DNA from: Crenarchaeota archaeon 13_1_40CM_3_52_17
Lineage (GTDB): Archaea; Thermoproteota; Bathyarchaeia; 40CM-2-53-6
Assembly: GCA_001918745.1 (NCBI GenBank)
Contig: MNGN01000031.1
Coordinates: 33,651 to 97,650, forward strand
Length of the DNA stretch: 64,000 bases
Direction: 5' to 3'
A program made the position numbers and the translations under genes. The notes beneath the pieces were generated by a model that was not told the origin of the DNA, searched no databases, and saw nothing but the letters and a program-made list of their open reading frames with translations. Of this stretch, positions 19,220 to 28,839 are shown in pieces. Within the stretch, counting starts at the first letter, position 1. Each line of letters begins with the position of its first letter.

Positions 19220-19285
19220 CGGAAAAATTTTGCTCTTGACGACCTAATACCCTGAGCTCTACCCAACGCAGGGTTACCGGTTCTA
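19165..19285 (-). promoter_or_regulatory. Candidate structured 5' leader (riboswitch-like) of the ABC operon
   Basis: Nested stems AGAAC/GTTCT, ACCCTG/CAGGGT, ATTAGGT/ACCTAAT, followed by a CTGGGAG/CTCCCGG hairpin. Confidence 0.4.
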
Positions 19286-19343
19286 AGGAAAGAAACGAGT
19301 AGTTAGAGGCAGGGGTTTGACTCGGAGTAGTTCAAAACGCGCG

Positions 19344-19393
19344 TGTGCAGAGCGGGATACTGCTGTGCAGACTTGTGCGGAGAGCTGTGCAGA
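19344..19393. repeat. Four direct repeats TGTGCRGA
   Basis: Copies at 19344, 19364, 19374 and 19386 (spacing 20, 10, 12 bp). Confidence 0.75.
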
Positions 19394-19400
19394 AAAAGGG

Positions 19401-20699
19401 CTAGCCTTGCCAAGATTGGAGGTACTTTTGCTGGAGTCGGGACAAGGTGTCGATTTTGCGCCCGAAGGCTTCGAGTCTCTGTCTAGCGACCTCGAAATCG
19501 AGCTTATCGGGGACTTTGACAACCTTCGCAGGCAACTTGCCTTTGTTCTCAGTTAGATATTCTGCCGACAATGCTTGGTCAGAGAAACTCATGTCCATTA
19601 CCTCAGCCGGATGGCCATCTGCAGCGGCTAGGTTGACGAGACGACCTTCAGAGAGCAAGTAGAGCCTTTTTCTGTTTCGCATGGTATATTCAACAACCTC
19701 AGCGCGCACCCTCTTGCGCTTCACTGCAAGCTTCTCAAGGTCTCTGACCTTCACCTCTACAGTGTAGTGTCCGACGTTGCAGAGAATCGCTTTGTCCTTC
19801 ATTCTGAGCATGTGGGAAGCAGTTATCACGTCGGTGTCCCCGGTCGCAGTTATGAACAAATCACCTTTCTCAGCGGCTTCGATCATTGGCATGACGTCGA
19901 ACCCCTCCATCAGCGCCTCCAGGGCTCTAACAGGATTTACCTCAGTCACGATAACCTTGGACCCCATTCCGCGCGCACGTTCCGCTACTCCCCTGCCCAC
20001 CCATCCGTAACCAGCCACGACGACATTTCGGCCTGCGAGGAGCAGATTTGTTGCCCGCATTATCCCTTCGAGGCCGGATTGGCCGGTTCCGTACTGACTG
20101 TCGAACAGATATTTGGTCAGCGCGTCGTTAACAGAGATGACTGGAAAACGTAGCTTTCCTTGCCGCTCCATAGCTTTGAGGCGGATCACGCCAGTTGTGG
20201 TTTCTTCGCAAGCGCCAATGATTTTGCGCAAACGGCTTCCGCCGTTCACGTGTGCTAGAATCGAGAGCTCGGCGCCATCGTCGATCAGGATGTCTGGTTG
20301 CAAGTCTAGTACCCGATTCAGGTTTTGTCGGTGTTCTTTGTCGGTCACTCCGTGCCAGGCATATACGTGAACACCTGTTTCGGATAGCGCGGCTGCAACG
20401 TCATCTTGAGTCGAGAGGGGGTTGCTACCGGTTATTGCTACCTCCGCGCCAGCTCGATGCATGGATTCTGCTAGAACGGCGGTTTTTGCCTCCAAGTGGA
20501 GGCAGGTCCCTATCTTGTAGCCTTTGAAGCTCTTGTTGGCGACCAGTCTCCTTGTTATTTTTGCGAGAACGGGCATGTGTTCTCGAGCCCAGGCCATCTT
20601 CATCTTGCCTGAAGGAGCAAGTTTGGGGTCTTTTACCAGACTCAAAGTCAAGCCCGAGGTATCGGGGGAGGATATCAGCGTTATACACAATGGATCCAA
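19401..20699 (-). CDS. ahcY: Adenosylhomocysteinase (start probably a TTG at 20645 or 20651)
   Basis: CLHLEAKTA, GSNPLSTQDD, EETTTG, GYGWVGRG, GRLVNL..ADGHPAEVMDMSF. Confidence 0.97.
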   Translation of the reverse strand: MDPLCITLISSPDTSGLTLSLVKDPKLAPSGKMKMAWAREHMPVLAKITRRLVANKSFKGYKIGTCLHLEAKTAVLAESMHRAGAEVAITGSNPLSTQDDVAAALSETGVHVYAWHGVTDKEHRQNLNRVLDLQPDILIDDGAELSILAHVNGGSRLRKIIGACEETTTGVIRLKAMERQGKLRFPVISVNDALTKYLFDSQYGTGQSGLEGIMRATNLLLAGRNVVVAGYGWVGRGVAERARGMGSKVIVTEVNPVRALEALMEGFDVMPMIEAAEKGDLFITATGDTDVITASHMLRMKDKAILCNVGHYTVEVKVRDLEKLAVKRKRVRAEVVEYTMRNRKRLYLLSEGRLVNLAAADGHPAEVMDMSFSDQALSAEYLTENKGKLPAKVVKVPDKLDFEVARQRLEAFGRKIDTLSRLQQKYLQSWQG

Positions 20700-20800
20700 T
20701 CCGGTCCCCGAGGCACTAATCCGGAAGATCTCCTACCCCCCAGACCCCTGTAAAATCGCGAGAGACCATCTCTCGTTCTCAACAAGAAGGCTTTGTATCA

Positions 20801-22408
20801 ATGAACAGCCAACCTTATCTCTCAAATCTCACGGTCCCGGATTCTCGTGGAAGATTGGTCGAAGTCACCATAAACGGATCGAATCTGACGCTGAGAGAGC
20901 TAGTGTCCGTGGCGAGAACCAACGACACGGTTAGAATAGACAAGAAGGCTCTGCAGAGAACAATGAGGGGGAGAGTGGTTCTTGAAAGGCTACTGCGAGA
21001 GGACGAGGTAATCTACGGGGTCAACACAGGATTTGGTGCGCTATCCAATTTCAAAGTCGCTCCGGGCGATCTCAGACAGCTTCAAATCAACCTACTCCGA
21101 AGCCATGCCGCGAGTGTAGGCACCCCTCACCGAGCGGAGGTAGTTAGGGCAATGATGCTCCTGAGAGCGAATACTCTGATCAAGGGCAATTCCGGCATCA
21201 GGCCAGAAATTCCTGAGCTCATAGTCGCGCTCCTTAACAAACGAATTCATCCATACATTCCTCAAAAGGGATCAGTCGGGGCTAGCGGCGATCTCTCTCC
21301 TCTATCTCACATGGCGTTGGTGCTAATGGGAGAGGGAAGGGCCGAATACCGCGAGAAATGGGTCTCAGGTAGACAAGCTCTCCGGAGGGCGGGTGTGGAT
21401 CCCGTACATCTCGAAGCCAAGGAAGGCTTGGCCCTTAACAATGGCACTCAGCAGATGACAGCGATTGGTTGTCTCAATCTTTGCGATGGCTACGATTTAT
21501 TCGCGGCATCTGAAGCGGCTCTCGCTCTTTCTCTGGAGGGGATCCGAGGATGGATTGACCCGTTCGATGAACGGATTCACGAAGTTAGACGCCACCCGGG
21601 GCAAATGCGAGTTGCATCCGATATTCGTGCCCTGGTAAAAGGCAGCAAATTGTGTCGGACGATAATCAGCGACGATCCTGCGAATGGGCGTCCCCAAGAC
21701 CCGTACTCTTTCCGATGCGCTCCCCAAGTCATGGGGCCGGTGATCGATGCGATGAATTATGTCGAGTCCACGCTTGAAATCGAGATGAACTCGGCCACCG
21801 ACAACCCGCTCATTTTTCCTGATCAAAGAGCCTGCTTGTCCGGGGGTAACTTTCATGGGCAGCCAATTTCCATGGCTCTTGACATTATGGGACTAGGTCT
21901 CTCCACACTCGCGAACATATCGGAACGAAGAATATCCGCCCTGCTCGACGCATCTATGAACAACGGCCTGACAGCCTTTCTAGTCGGGAGGGAATCGAAA
22001 CCTGGCCTTGCAAGTGGTTTGATGGCCCTCCAATACACGGCAACCGCTCTGGTCGCCGAGAACAAGATACTGGCCCATCCAGCTAGCAGCGACTCAATTC
22101 CAACCTCCAGTAATTTCGAAGACTTCGTAAGCATGGGACCCGGAGCTGCCCACAAATCAACCAGCATTCTTCAGAATTGCCGGTATGTGGTCGCGATAGA
22201 ACTCTTGACCGCGGCTCAGGCAGTCCATCTCAGAGGGGCCTCAGGTCTAGGAAAGGGTACTAGGAGTATCTATCGAGCAATCCGTGACGAGGTTCGCCCT
22301 CTGACCTGGGATAGATCTTCCCACGACGATATCGAGCGGATATTCGAGCTAGTCAAGACCAGACAATTCATCGGTATGGTCAATCGGTTCGTGAAGGGCT
22401 CGGATTAG
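20801..22408 (+). CDS. hutH: Histidine ammonia-lyase (start possibly TTG at 20855)
   Basis: YGVNTGFG, MIO-forming GASGDL, QDPYSFRC, GGNFHG, EDFVSMG. Confidence 0.95.
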   Translation: MNSQPYLSNLTVPDSRGRLVEVTINGSNLTLRELVSVARTNDTVRIDKKALQRTMRGRVVLERLLREDEVIYGVNTGFGALSNFKVAPGDLRQLQINLLRSHAASVGTPHRAEVVRAMMLLRANTLIKGNSGIRPEIPELIVALLNKRIHPYIPQKGSVGASGDLSPLSHMALVLMGEGRAEYREKWVSGRQALRRAGVDPVHLEAKEGLALNNGTQQMTAIGCLNLCDGYDLFAASEAALALSLEGIRGWIDPFDERIHEVRRHPGQMRVASDIRALVKGSKLCRTIISDDPANGRPQDPYSFRCAPQVMGPVIDAMNYVESTLEIEMNSATDNPLIFPDQRACLSGGNFHGQPISMALDIMGLGLSTLANISERRISALLDASMNNGLTAFLVGRESKPGLASGLMALQYTATALVAENKILAHPASSDSIPTSSNFEDFVSMGPGAAHKSTSILQNCRYVVAIELLTAAQAVHLRGASGLGKGTRSIYRAIRDEVRPLTWDRSSHDDIERIFELVKTRQFIGMVNRFVKGSD

Positions 22409-22409
22409 G

Positions 22410-23261
22410 TTGCATCTCTACCCTCTCAAATCCAGACTTATTCTGTCCGGCGATTCGATCATCGAGAGACTCGTTGAGGCACTTGCTAATGCCAAACTGG
22501 AGGTCAAGAACGGAGACATAGTCGCGATCGCGAGCAAGGTTGTCTCTCTTTCGGAGAGGAACGTTGTTCCGCTCGCGAAGGTCAAGCCCACGATCTCTGC
22601 CAGAAGACTTTCCCGCCGGTTTGGACTGGCTCCTGAGTTTGCTCAGGTCGTGCTCGATGAATCTGACGCCGTTTACGGTGGGGTTCCAGGCGCTCTTCTC
22701 GCACTCAAGAATGGGGATGCAGTAGCGAATTCTGGTGTTGACCGGAAGAATGCTCCAGACAAAAGCGTGATTCCATGGCCGGCTAATCCACAACGTTCCG
22801 CGCGGAAAATTCGAAGAGCAGTTAATCAAAAGCTCAAGAAAAGCGTAGGGGTCGTTATTGTCGACAGTCGCGTCACGCCTCTGCGCTTGGGGACGATCGG
22901 GCTGGCGATTGCTTGCTCAGGATTCCAACCGGTGAGGGACGCTCGAGGAATCAGAGACTTGTACGGGAGAAAGGTGGTAATGACGTTTCAGTCTCTGGCA
23001 GACGGAATCGCTGGGGCGGCCCATCTTCTAATGGGGGAAACCCGTGAAACTGTGCCGTTTGTATTAGTTCGAGGCGCCCCGGTTAGGCTATCCGGAGACA
23101 AACGCGCGGGCTCGATGACGCTTCCGGTCAAAGATTGTCTCTATATGAGCCAGATGCCTGGCCCGTTGCAGGAAAGACAGCGACTCAACCGTGGACACCT
23201 AGGCTTAGCGACCCATCCCTCGATCTCTAGGAGGGTCGAAATCGCTCATTTTCAGCCCTGA
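22410..23261 (+). CDS. cofE: CofE-family (F420-0:gamma-glutamyl ligase-like) protein
   Basis: DIVAIASKVVS..E, ANSGVD.KN, GVVIVDS, GLAI..SG, DLYGR, MGE..E..P. Confidence 0.82.
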   Translation: MHLYPLKSRLILSGDSIIERLVEALANAKLEVKNGDIVAIASKVVSLSERNVVPLAKVKPTISARRLSRRFGLAPEFAQVVLDESDAVYGGVPGALLALKNGDAVANSGVDRKNAPDKSVIPWPANPQRSARKIRRAVNQKLKKSVGVVIVDSRVTPLRLGTIGLAIACSGFQPVRDARGIRDLYGRKVVMTFQSLADGIAGAAHLLMGETRETVPFVLVRGAPVRLSGDKRAGSMTLPVKDCLYMSQMPGPLQERQRLNRGHLGLATHPSISRRVEIAHFQP

Positions 23262-23457
23262 TCTTGGAAATGGGGGGCTTTCTAGATTTCCCTTTAATCG
23301 TTCGGGGACGACCCCGTTAAACCCTCATAGCTTCGCCTCCCGATCCAACCCTTGATTGCGCTCTAAATCGGCTATCTCGCCAGGAGACCCAGACAGGAAA
23401 TCGTTCCTGAGGGAGGAGGGCCTAGCATAGAGCATCTCGTGACGCAAGAGCAGTCAC
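23199..23457 (-). ncRNA. Candidate structured non-coding RNA, family unidentified
   Basis: Eight or more nested helices; G-U pairs favour the minus strand; TATA-like GTATATTT (23480-23473) upstream. Confidence 0.45.
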
Positions 23458-23491
23458 TCCGGACCCTTGTTGAAATATACTTCCGAGATGC

Positions 23492-25183
23492 CTACTTGAG
23501 CATCGGCATCTGTATGCCCTTTTCCTTAGCTATTTTCCTCGCCACTGTATACCCAGCGTCTGCATGCCTCACGATCCCTATTCCAGGATCAGTAGTCAAT
23601 ACCCGCTCGAGTTTGCCCGCGGCCTCGGCTGTACCATCAGCGACGAGACACATTCCAGCGTGAATGCTATACCCCATTCCCACACCGCCACCTTGATGTA
23701 CACTAACCCAAGTCGCTCCGGCAGCTGTGTTCAGAAGCGCATTTAGTATAGGCCAGTCAGCAATCGCGTCGCTACCGTCAAGCATCCCCTCAGTCTCTCT
23801 CCTGGGAGACGCGACGCTTCCGCAATCGAGATGGTCCCTTCCAATCCAAATGGGTCCAGCAAGTTCTCCATTCGCCACCATTTCATTTATCAGTCTGCCA
23901 AATTTTGCTCGCTCTCCGAATCCGAGCCAGCATACTCGAGCCGGCAGCCCCTGGAACTTCACTTCTTTCTGAGCTTTACGAATCCACCGAGAGAGACCCT
24001 TGTCCCGAGGAAAGGTAGAGAGAACTAGATCATCGATCTTGCGAATATCTTCTGGATCTCCAGCTAGCGAAGTCCATCTGAAGGGTCCCCTGCCCTCGCA
24101 AAACATCGGCCTGATGTATCTCTGAACAAATCCCGGAAACTCAAACGCGTTCTTTAGCCCCGCGTCTAGGGCCCGTTGTCGAATATTGTTTCCATACTCA
24201 AACGCCACAGCCCCCCGTCGAGACATAGCGATGATAGCCTTCACATGCGTGAGAATACTTCTGCTTGCCCTCTTCAGATACTCTTTCGGATCAGATCGGC
24301 GCAGGGAGTCAGCCTCTTCCTTCGAAAGGCCCGCCGGATAATAACCGTTCAGAGGGTCATGAGCCGAAGTTTGATCGGTCGCAACATCGGGAGTCACGCG
24401 ACGTCGCAGAAGTTCAGGAAGTACCTCGGCAGCATTTCCTAGCAGGGCAACGCTACGTGGAATGTGATCTTGCTTCGCTTGCTGAACTATCTCTAGAGCT
24501 TCGTTAAGATCTTCAGTGAAATTCTGCAAATACCCATAACGGATTCTTTTCTCTATTGCCTTTTTGTCAATCTCTACCGCGAGAGCAACGCCATCATTCA
24601 TTGTGACCGCCAAAGGCTGAGCTCCTCCCATTTCGCCTAGACCCGCCGTCAACACGAGCTTTCCTGCGAGCGTTCCGTGAAAGTGTTCCTTAGCAACGGC
24701 CGCGAGCGTTTCGTAAGTGCCCTGCAGGATCCCCTGAGTCCCGATGAACGCCCAGGACCCTGCAGTCATCTGTCCATACATTATGAGACCCTTCTGCTCG
24801 AGCTCGTAAAAATAATCCCAGGTAGCCCACTTCGGAACAATCATGCTGTTAACGATCAAAACCCGCGGAGCCAGATTGTGGGTCTTGAACACTGCGACTG
24901 GCTTGCCACTTTGGATAAGAAGAGTCTGATCTTCTCCAAGGTTCTCCAGACTCTCAAGCGTTGCTTCAAGCGCATCCCAAGATCTAGCCGCTCGCCCCGT
25001 TCCCCCATACACAATCAAGTGATCCGGGTCTTTGGCGACTTCTGGATCCAAGACATTGTGTATCATCCGGTAAGCTCCTTCGATCTGCCAGGTCTTGCAG
25101 TGCAGCTCCGTCCCGGTTATCGCAGAGATCCGTCTTCGGTGTTTCAACACTGAAGAGACTCGAGGTTGTCTCTTTTGCGTCAA
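23492..25183 (-). CDS. hutU: Urocanate hydratase
   Basis: [47 protein letters not shown]. Confidence 0.98.
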   Translation of the reverse strand: MTQKRQPRVSSVLKHRRRISAITGTELHCKTWQIEGAYRMIHNVLDPEVAKDPDHLIVYGGTGRAARSWDALEATLESLENLGEDQTLLIQSGKPVAVFKTHNLAPRVLIVNSMIVPKWATWDYFYELEQKGLIMYGQMTAGSWAFIGTQGILQGTYETLAAVAKEHFHGTLAGKLVLTAGLGEMGGAQPLAVTMNDGVALAVEIDKKAIEKRIRYGYLQNFTEDLNEALEIVQQAKQDHIPRSVALLGNAAEVLPELLRRRVTPDVATDQTSAHDPLNGYYPAGLSKEEADSLRRSDPKEYLKRASRSILTHVKAIIAMSRRGAVAFEYGNNIRQRALDAGLKNAFEFPGFVQRYIRPMFCEGRGPFRWTSLAGDPEDIRKIDDLVLSTFPRDKGLSRWIRKAQKEVKFQGLPARVCWLGFGERAKFGRLINEMVANGELAGPIWIGRDHLDCGSVASPRRETEGMLDGSDAIADWPILNALLNTAAGATWVSVHQGGGVGMGYSIHAGMCLVADGTAEAAGKLERVLTTDPGIGIVRHADAGYTVARKIAKEKGIQMPMLK

Positions 25184-26427
25184 GGGACCTTCTTACCGTC
25201 CCTCACTACCAGTTTGCCTCCGATAAGGACATCGTCAACGATACTCTCACCATACGTGTACCCAATCCACCTGTGACTGGGTACTCGCAAAGTCACAAGG
25301 TCCGCCTCTTTCCCGATGTGGAGACTTCCAACCCTTTTCTCCAATCCTAAGGCTCTGGCTGCATTGATCGTTATCGCCCGGACTACTTCAGGAGCACTCA
25401 TTCGCAACTCTCGCGACGCAAGAGCTGCGACAGTCAACTGGCCGAGCATCCAGTTGGAAGGGCTGAAGTCGGTCCCTAGGGCGACGGGAAGGCCGAGGGC
25501 AAGCATAGTCCGAGCATTTGCGTTCTCCCCGTTGAGCGTGCTAAGTGATGATGCGGGCAACACGACTGGGGTTACTCTCGTTTCAGCCATTTTTTCGAGC
25601 TGTTTTGTTGGAGAGTGGATAAGATGGTCCGCAGAAGTAGTATGGAGTTTGTTAGCTACCTCAGCTCCTCTACTATCCGTGAATTGGTCGGCGTGTATCT
25701 TTAGTTTCAGACCGAGTTTCCGAGCTTTCCCAAGAATCCGAGCCGACTCGAGCGAGTCAAACGCGCCCTGCTCACAAAACACATCACAGAAGTCGGCCAG
25801 TCCTGATCGAGCAATTTGTGGTAGCATTTCGTCGATCACATCCAGAACATATTCTGATGGAGTCTCACCAGGTGGAACCGCATGAGCACCCATGAAGGTA
25901 GGGACGATATGGCATGAGTGATACTTCCTCAGGCGGTTAATCGTTTTGAGAATCTTGAACTCTTCGTCGTCTCTAAGTCCGTAGCCACTCTTTATCTCAA
26001 CGGTGGTCGAGCCGGATTCAAGACAAGTGTCGAGTCTCTGTTTGCCAGATTGAAACAGCGATTCTGAGCTGGCCTGGCGAGTTCTGTTCACTGTCTCGAT
26101 TATTCCTCCACCCTTGCGCAGAACATCCAAGTATGAGGCTCCTTCAATCCTAGATTGAAATTCGGCATCACGAGCTCCTGCGAAGACCAGGTGCGTGTGA
26201 GGGTCCACGAAGCCAGGTAGTATGATCTCGTCCGCAGCGTCTATCGTTGTACTCGACTGGAATTTTCTTTCCAGCAGTTCTGAGGAAGCTGCCAAGACGA
26301 TCTTGCCTTGGCTGATCGCGACACCTCCATTGTCGATCACCCCAAGTCCAGTCTTATTGTCACGAGTGACTAGGGTTATGGTCTCATTCGAGTTCAGAAT
26401 CAAAACGTCAACGTGTTTCTTTGCCAT
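25180..26427 (-). CDS. hutI: Imidazolonepropionase
   Basis: [40 protein letters not shown]. Confidence 0.95.
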   Translation of the reverse strand: MAKKHVDVLILNSNETITLVTRDNKTGLGVIDNGGVAISQGKIVLAASSELLERKFQSSTTIDAADEIILPGFVDPHTHLVFAGARDAEFQSRIEGASYLDVLRKGGGIIETVNRTRQASSESLFQSGKQRLDTCLESGSTTVEIKSGYGLRDDEEFKILKTINRLRKYHSCHIVPTFMGAHAVPPGETPSEYVLDVIDEMLPQIARSGLADFCDVFCEQGAFDSLESARILGKARKLGLKLKIHADQFTDSRGAEVANKLHTTSADHLIHSPTKQLEKMAETRVTPVVLPASSLSTLNGENANARTMLALGLPVALGTDFSPSNWMLGQLTVAALASRELRMSAPEVVRAITINAARALGLEKRVGSLHIGKEADLVTLRVPSHRWIGYTYGESIVDDVLIGGKLVVRDGKKVP

Positions 26428-26480
26428 GCAAGATCTGCACGTTGCACGTCTGTTGTTGACTAAAAAGTGGACTGTTTGGA

Positions 26481-27572
26481 TTAGAGAGTCATTCTTCCAT
26501 CAACCATTATCGTTTGCCCGTCGATCTCGACTGTCGGCTTTGTAATGGTTCCTGAGAATGTGAAGCTACTATCGTTCTTGCCGCCGATACCCTTATTGGC
26601 TCCCACGCCAATTGTCACGGTGCCTAGAGATAGCTCGTCAGTTGTGTATCCTATCAGGTCTACTTTGGGATTTAGCCCTAGAGTAAACTGGGCTATTTTG
26701 TCTCTGTCGCCTTGGGTTGCCTCGAAAACCTCTCGAAAGACCTCTTCGTACTTTTTAGCTCGGAATTCTTTGATCCGGCCCTTCTCGAAATCCAGTCTGA
26801 GTTCTTGTATCAGCCTTCCTTTCAGGGCTCTGGGGAGATCATAGACGACTGTTCCTCGGGCTGACTCTTCTAGTGGAGCGACCTCGACCTTGCCTGAGGG
26901 CAACTGTGTTGAGACAAGTCCATGTTCTACGTCGGCTTGATCAACAATCCCATCTTGGACGTGAATAGGTCTCTTGGTGATCTCGAACCTCACATCTGTG
27001 CCTCCCTTAGATGTGATGTGCACCTTGCTTCCTCGTTCCAGGCGGAGAGCTACTTTCCTTCCGAGCTCTGCGAGCTTCGGATAGTCGACCTTGATCGCCT
27101 CTTCGGTCATTCTCAGCCAACGGTCATAGTCGAAACCGTAGGCTTTAGCACGCTGCGGGGTAACATGACCGAGAAGGAGTTCGGCTGTTCGAACTTTTTT
27201 CTCGAAAGTCTTGTCGAGGACAGGTTTGTCTCCTTCGAAGAGGATTTCTAATCTTGAAGCTGGTACATCCCGGAACTTCGTCGGGTCTTCAGGCCCACCA
27301 AGCGCGATCCAGACTGTTACATTGTCGACAGCACTGAGAACGTGGCGAGGGACCTTGCGCATGTACTGTTCAGGGATCTCAGCAAGGGTTCCCCACCAGA
27401 GGCGGTCGGTATTGAGTGTGATGAGGGGCTTTGCGCCTGTCCGATAGCATTCGAGGGCTATTTCACTAGCTAGATCGACAGTATGTTGCCAGGTTTCAAT
27501 GAGGACCATGTCATCTTCGTGAACCCTCAGACAAGTGTGAACGACACGCTTTGCAATGCTGTCCTCAAGCAA
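26481..27572 (-). CDS. M29 (AmpS/AmpT) aminopeptidase-fold protein lacking most metal ligands
   Basis: GTD..F, LPSG.V..AP.E..ARG, LDFEKGRI, LGLNP, PTVEIDG..IM.DG. Confidence 0.8.
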   Translation of the reverse strand: MLEDSIAKRVVHTCLRVHEDDMVLIETWQHTVDLASEIALECYRTGAKPLITLNTDRLWWGTLAEIPEQYMRKVPRHVLSAVDNVTVWIALGGPEDPTKFRDVPASRLEILFEGDKPVLDKTFEKKVRTAELLLGHVTPQRAKAYGFDYDRWLRMTEEAIKVDYPKLAELGRKVALRLERGSKVHITSKGGTDVRFEITKRPIHVQDGIVDQADVEHGLVSTQLPSGKVEVAPLEESARGTVVYDLPRALKGRLIQELRLDFEKGRIKEFRAKKYEEVFREVFEATQGDRDKIAQFTLGLNPKVDLIGYTTDELSLGTVTIGVGANKGIGGKNDSSFTFSGTITKPTVEIDGQTIMVDGRMTL

Positions 27573-27688
27573 GAGAGGTATCGGCTAGGTACGTGGGAAC
27601 CATGCCGTACATAAGCGTTCAATGGTCGCGTGGAGTCTCGTCACTAGACAACCGGACAAGCGGTGTTAGACAATCCATTTGGTCGGGG

Positions 27689-28132
27689 TCACTCAGAGAG
27701 ACCGAATCCCAGTACGATAAGAGAGTGAAAACGACGCGTCAACTCGCTGACCTGCGGCTTATAAAAGACCGCTGCAGATTGTCTTGACTGCTGAAATTCT
27801 GTAAAGGTTCCATTGTATTCCCCTAGTATTTTGGAAACCGCATATTCTTCGTAAGGATCTCCTAACAATGTGAATGCTCCGGGTCCCAACTCTCTCCTTC
27901 TCAACAAGACCAGGGGAAGCCTGACCTTATCACGCAACGCATCAGGCAACTCAGCATTCAAAGCCTCAACCTCACTTTTTTTCATAGGAGCCTTCTCTCC
28001 GCCTACCGTTGAGACAGATGGTTGTTCCTCAGCCAACAGTTCTCTGATGGTTTTCCGATTCTTTGGAAGGTGTGTGTTGAGCTTTCGCAATTCGTTTTGC
28101 AGCATCACGTCGAAAAAGCCATCTCGATCCAC
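27689..28132 (-). CDS. DUF61 (UPF0216) family protein
   Basis: LN.HLP..RKT..ELL.E..P, VRLPLVL. Confidence 0.8.
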   Translation of the reverse strand: MDRDGFFDVMLQNELRKLNTHLPKNRKTIRELLAEEQPSVSTVGGEKAPMKKSEVEALNAELPDALRDKVRLPLVLLRRRELGPGAFTLLGDPYEEYAVSKILGEYNGTFTEFQQSRQSAAVFYKPQVSELTRRFHSLIVLGFGLSE

Positions 28133-28146
28133 GGAAACTTCCTGCC

Positions 28147-28839
28147 CTATTTCCCGCCTCGAATCATGCAGTGGTCTTTCTCGAAGGGGTCCAATCTGAC
28201 CATCTCTTCGATCGTGTATCCCCTCTTTTTCAAGATCTCAGTTTCTTGGCGAAAAATAGCGCTTGGATCTTTAGCTACATCAATGCTGCGCGCTTTGATC
28301 GCCATGAGGAACTCGTCCTCTTGCTTCAGAAATGTATCAAGGTTCTCAGCCAATATTCTTGCTTGGTCCGGCTGCGCAATGTCGCAATATACAGAGTCGA
28401 CATCCGAGACTAGACTCCGGTATCTGCTGGGAAACCGTGCATCTTCGAAGATCGGCACTGTATTGATCCTGTTCTTGGATACGTTATTGACTAGGTCTCT
28501 AAAGGACCTCTGAGCAAATTCTACACAGAATACTTTCCCATGTAGTCCCACGATGTCGCTTACGTGGCTGACAGTTGTCCCACTTGCAGCTCCCAAGTAC
28601 AGGACATTTGACTTCTGTTCAAACGGGATCTCGCAAAGTCCCTTCAATATTGCAGCTGCAAGTTTACTTCGGAATGGATCCCAGACTCTGTACTCTTCAT
28701 CGCCAGCTCTGACGGTTTCCTCTCCGTAAACGGTCTCTCCCGGTGCTAGGCTGCGGGTACCTAGTTTCTCTTCCCCTTCCTTCCCGATCAGATAGACCCC
28801 TTCGAACTTTCTGTGGGGCTGGACGCCATTCCGTACCAT
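28147..28839 (-). CDS. flpA: Fibrillarin-like rRNA/tRNA 2'-O-methyltransferase
   Basis: YRVWDPFRSKLAAA, VLYLGAASGTTVSHVSDI, DIAQPDQ, IKARSIDV. Confidence 0.97.
   Translation of the reverse strand: MVRNGVQPHRKFEGVYLIGKEGEEKLGTRSLAPGETVYGEETVRAGDEEYRVWDPFRSKLAAAILKGLCEIPFEQKSNVLYLGAASGTTVSHVSDIVGLHGKVFCVEFAQRSFRDLVNNVSKNRINTVPIFEDARFPSRYRSLVSDVDSVYCDIAQPDQARILAENLDTFLKQEDEFLMAIKARSIDVAKDPSAIFRQETEILKKRGYTIEEMVRLDPFEKDHCMIRGGK

Noticed and set aside
19344..19393. Mini CRISPR array
   Set aside because: Repeats are 8 bp with 2-12 bp gaps, and no cas genes are present
23165..23460. RNase P RNA or SRP RNA identity for the structured element
   Set aside because: No GAGGAA-N-UCC / ACAGAA...GCUUA pair able to form P4 and no SRP helix 8 motif; the GCUAGGCC match to SRP 5' ends is too short
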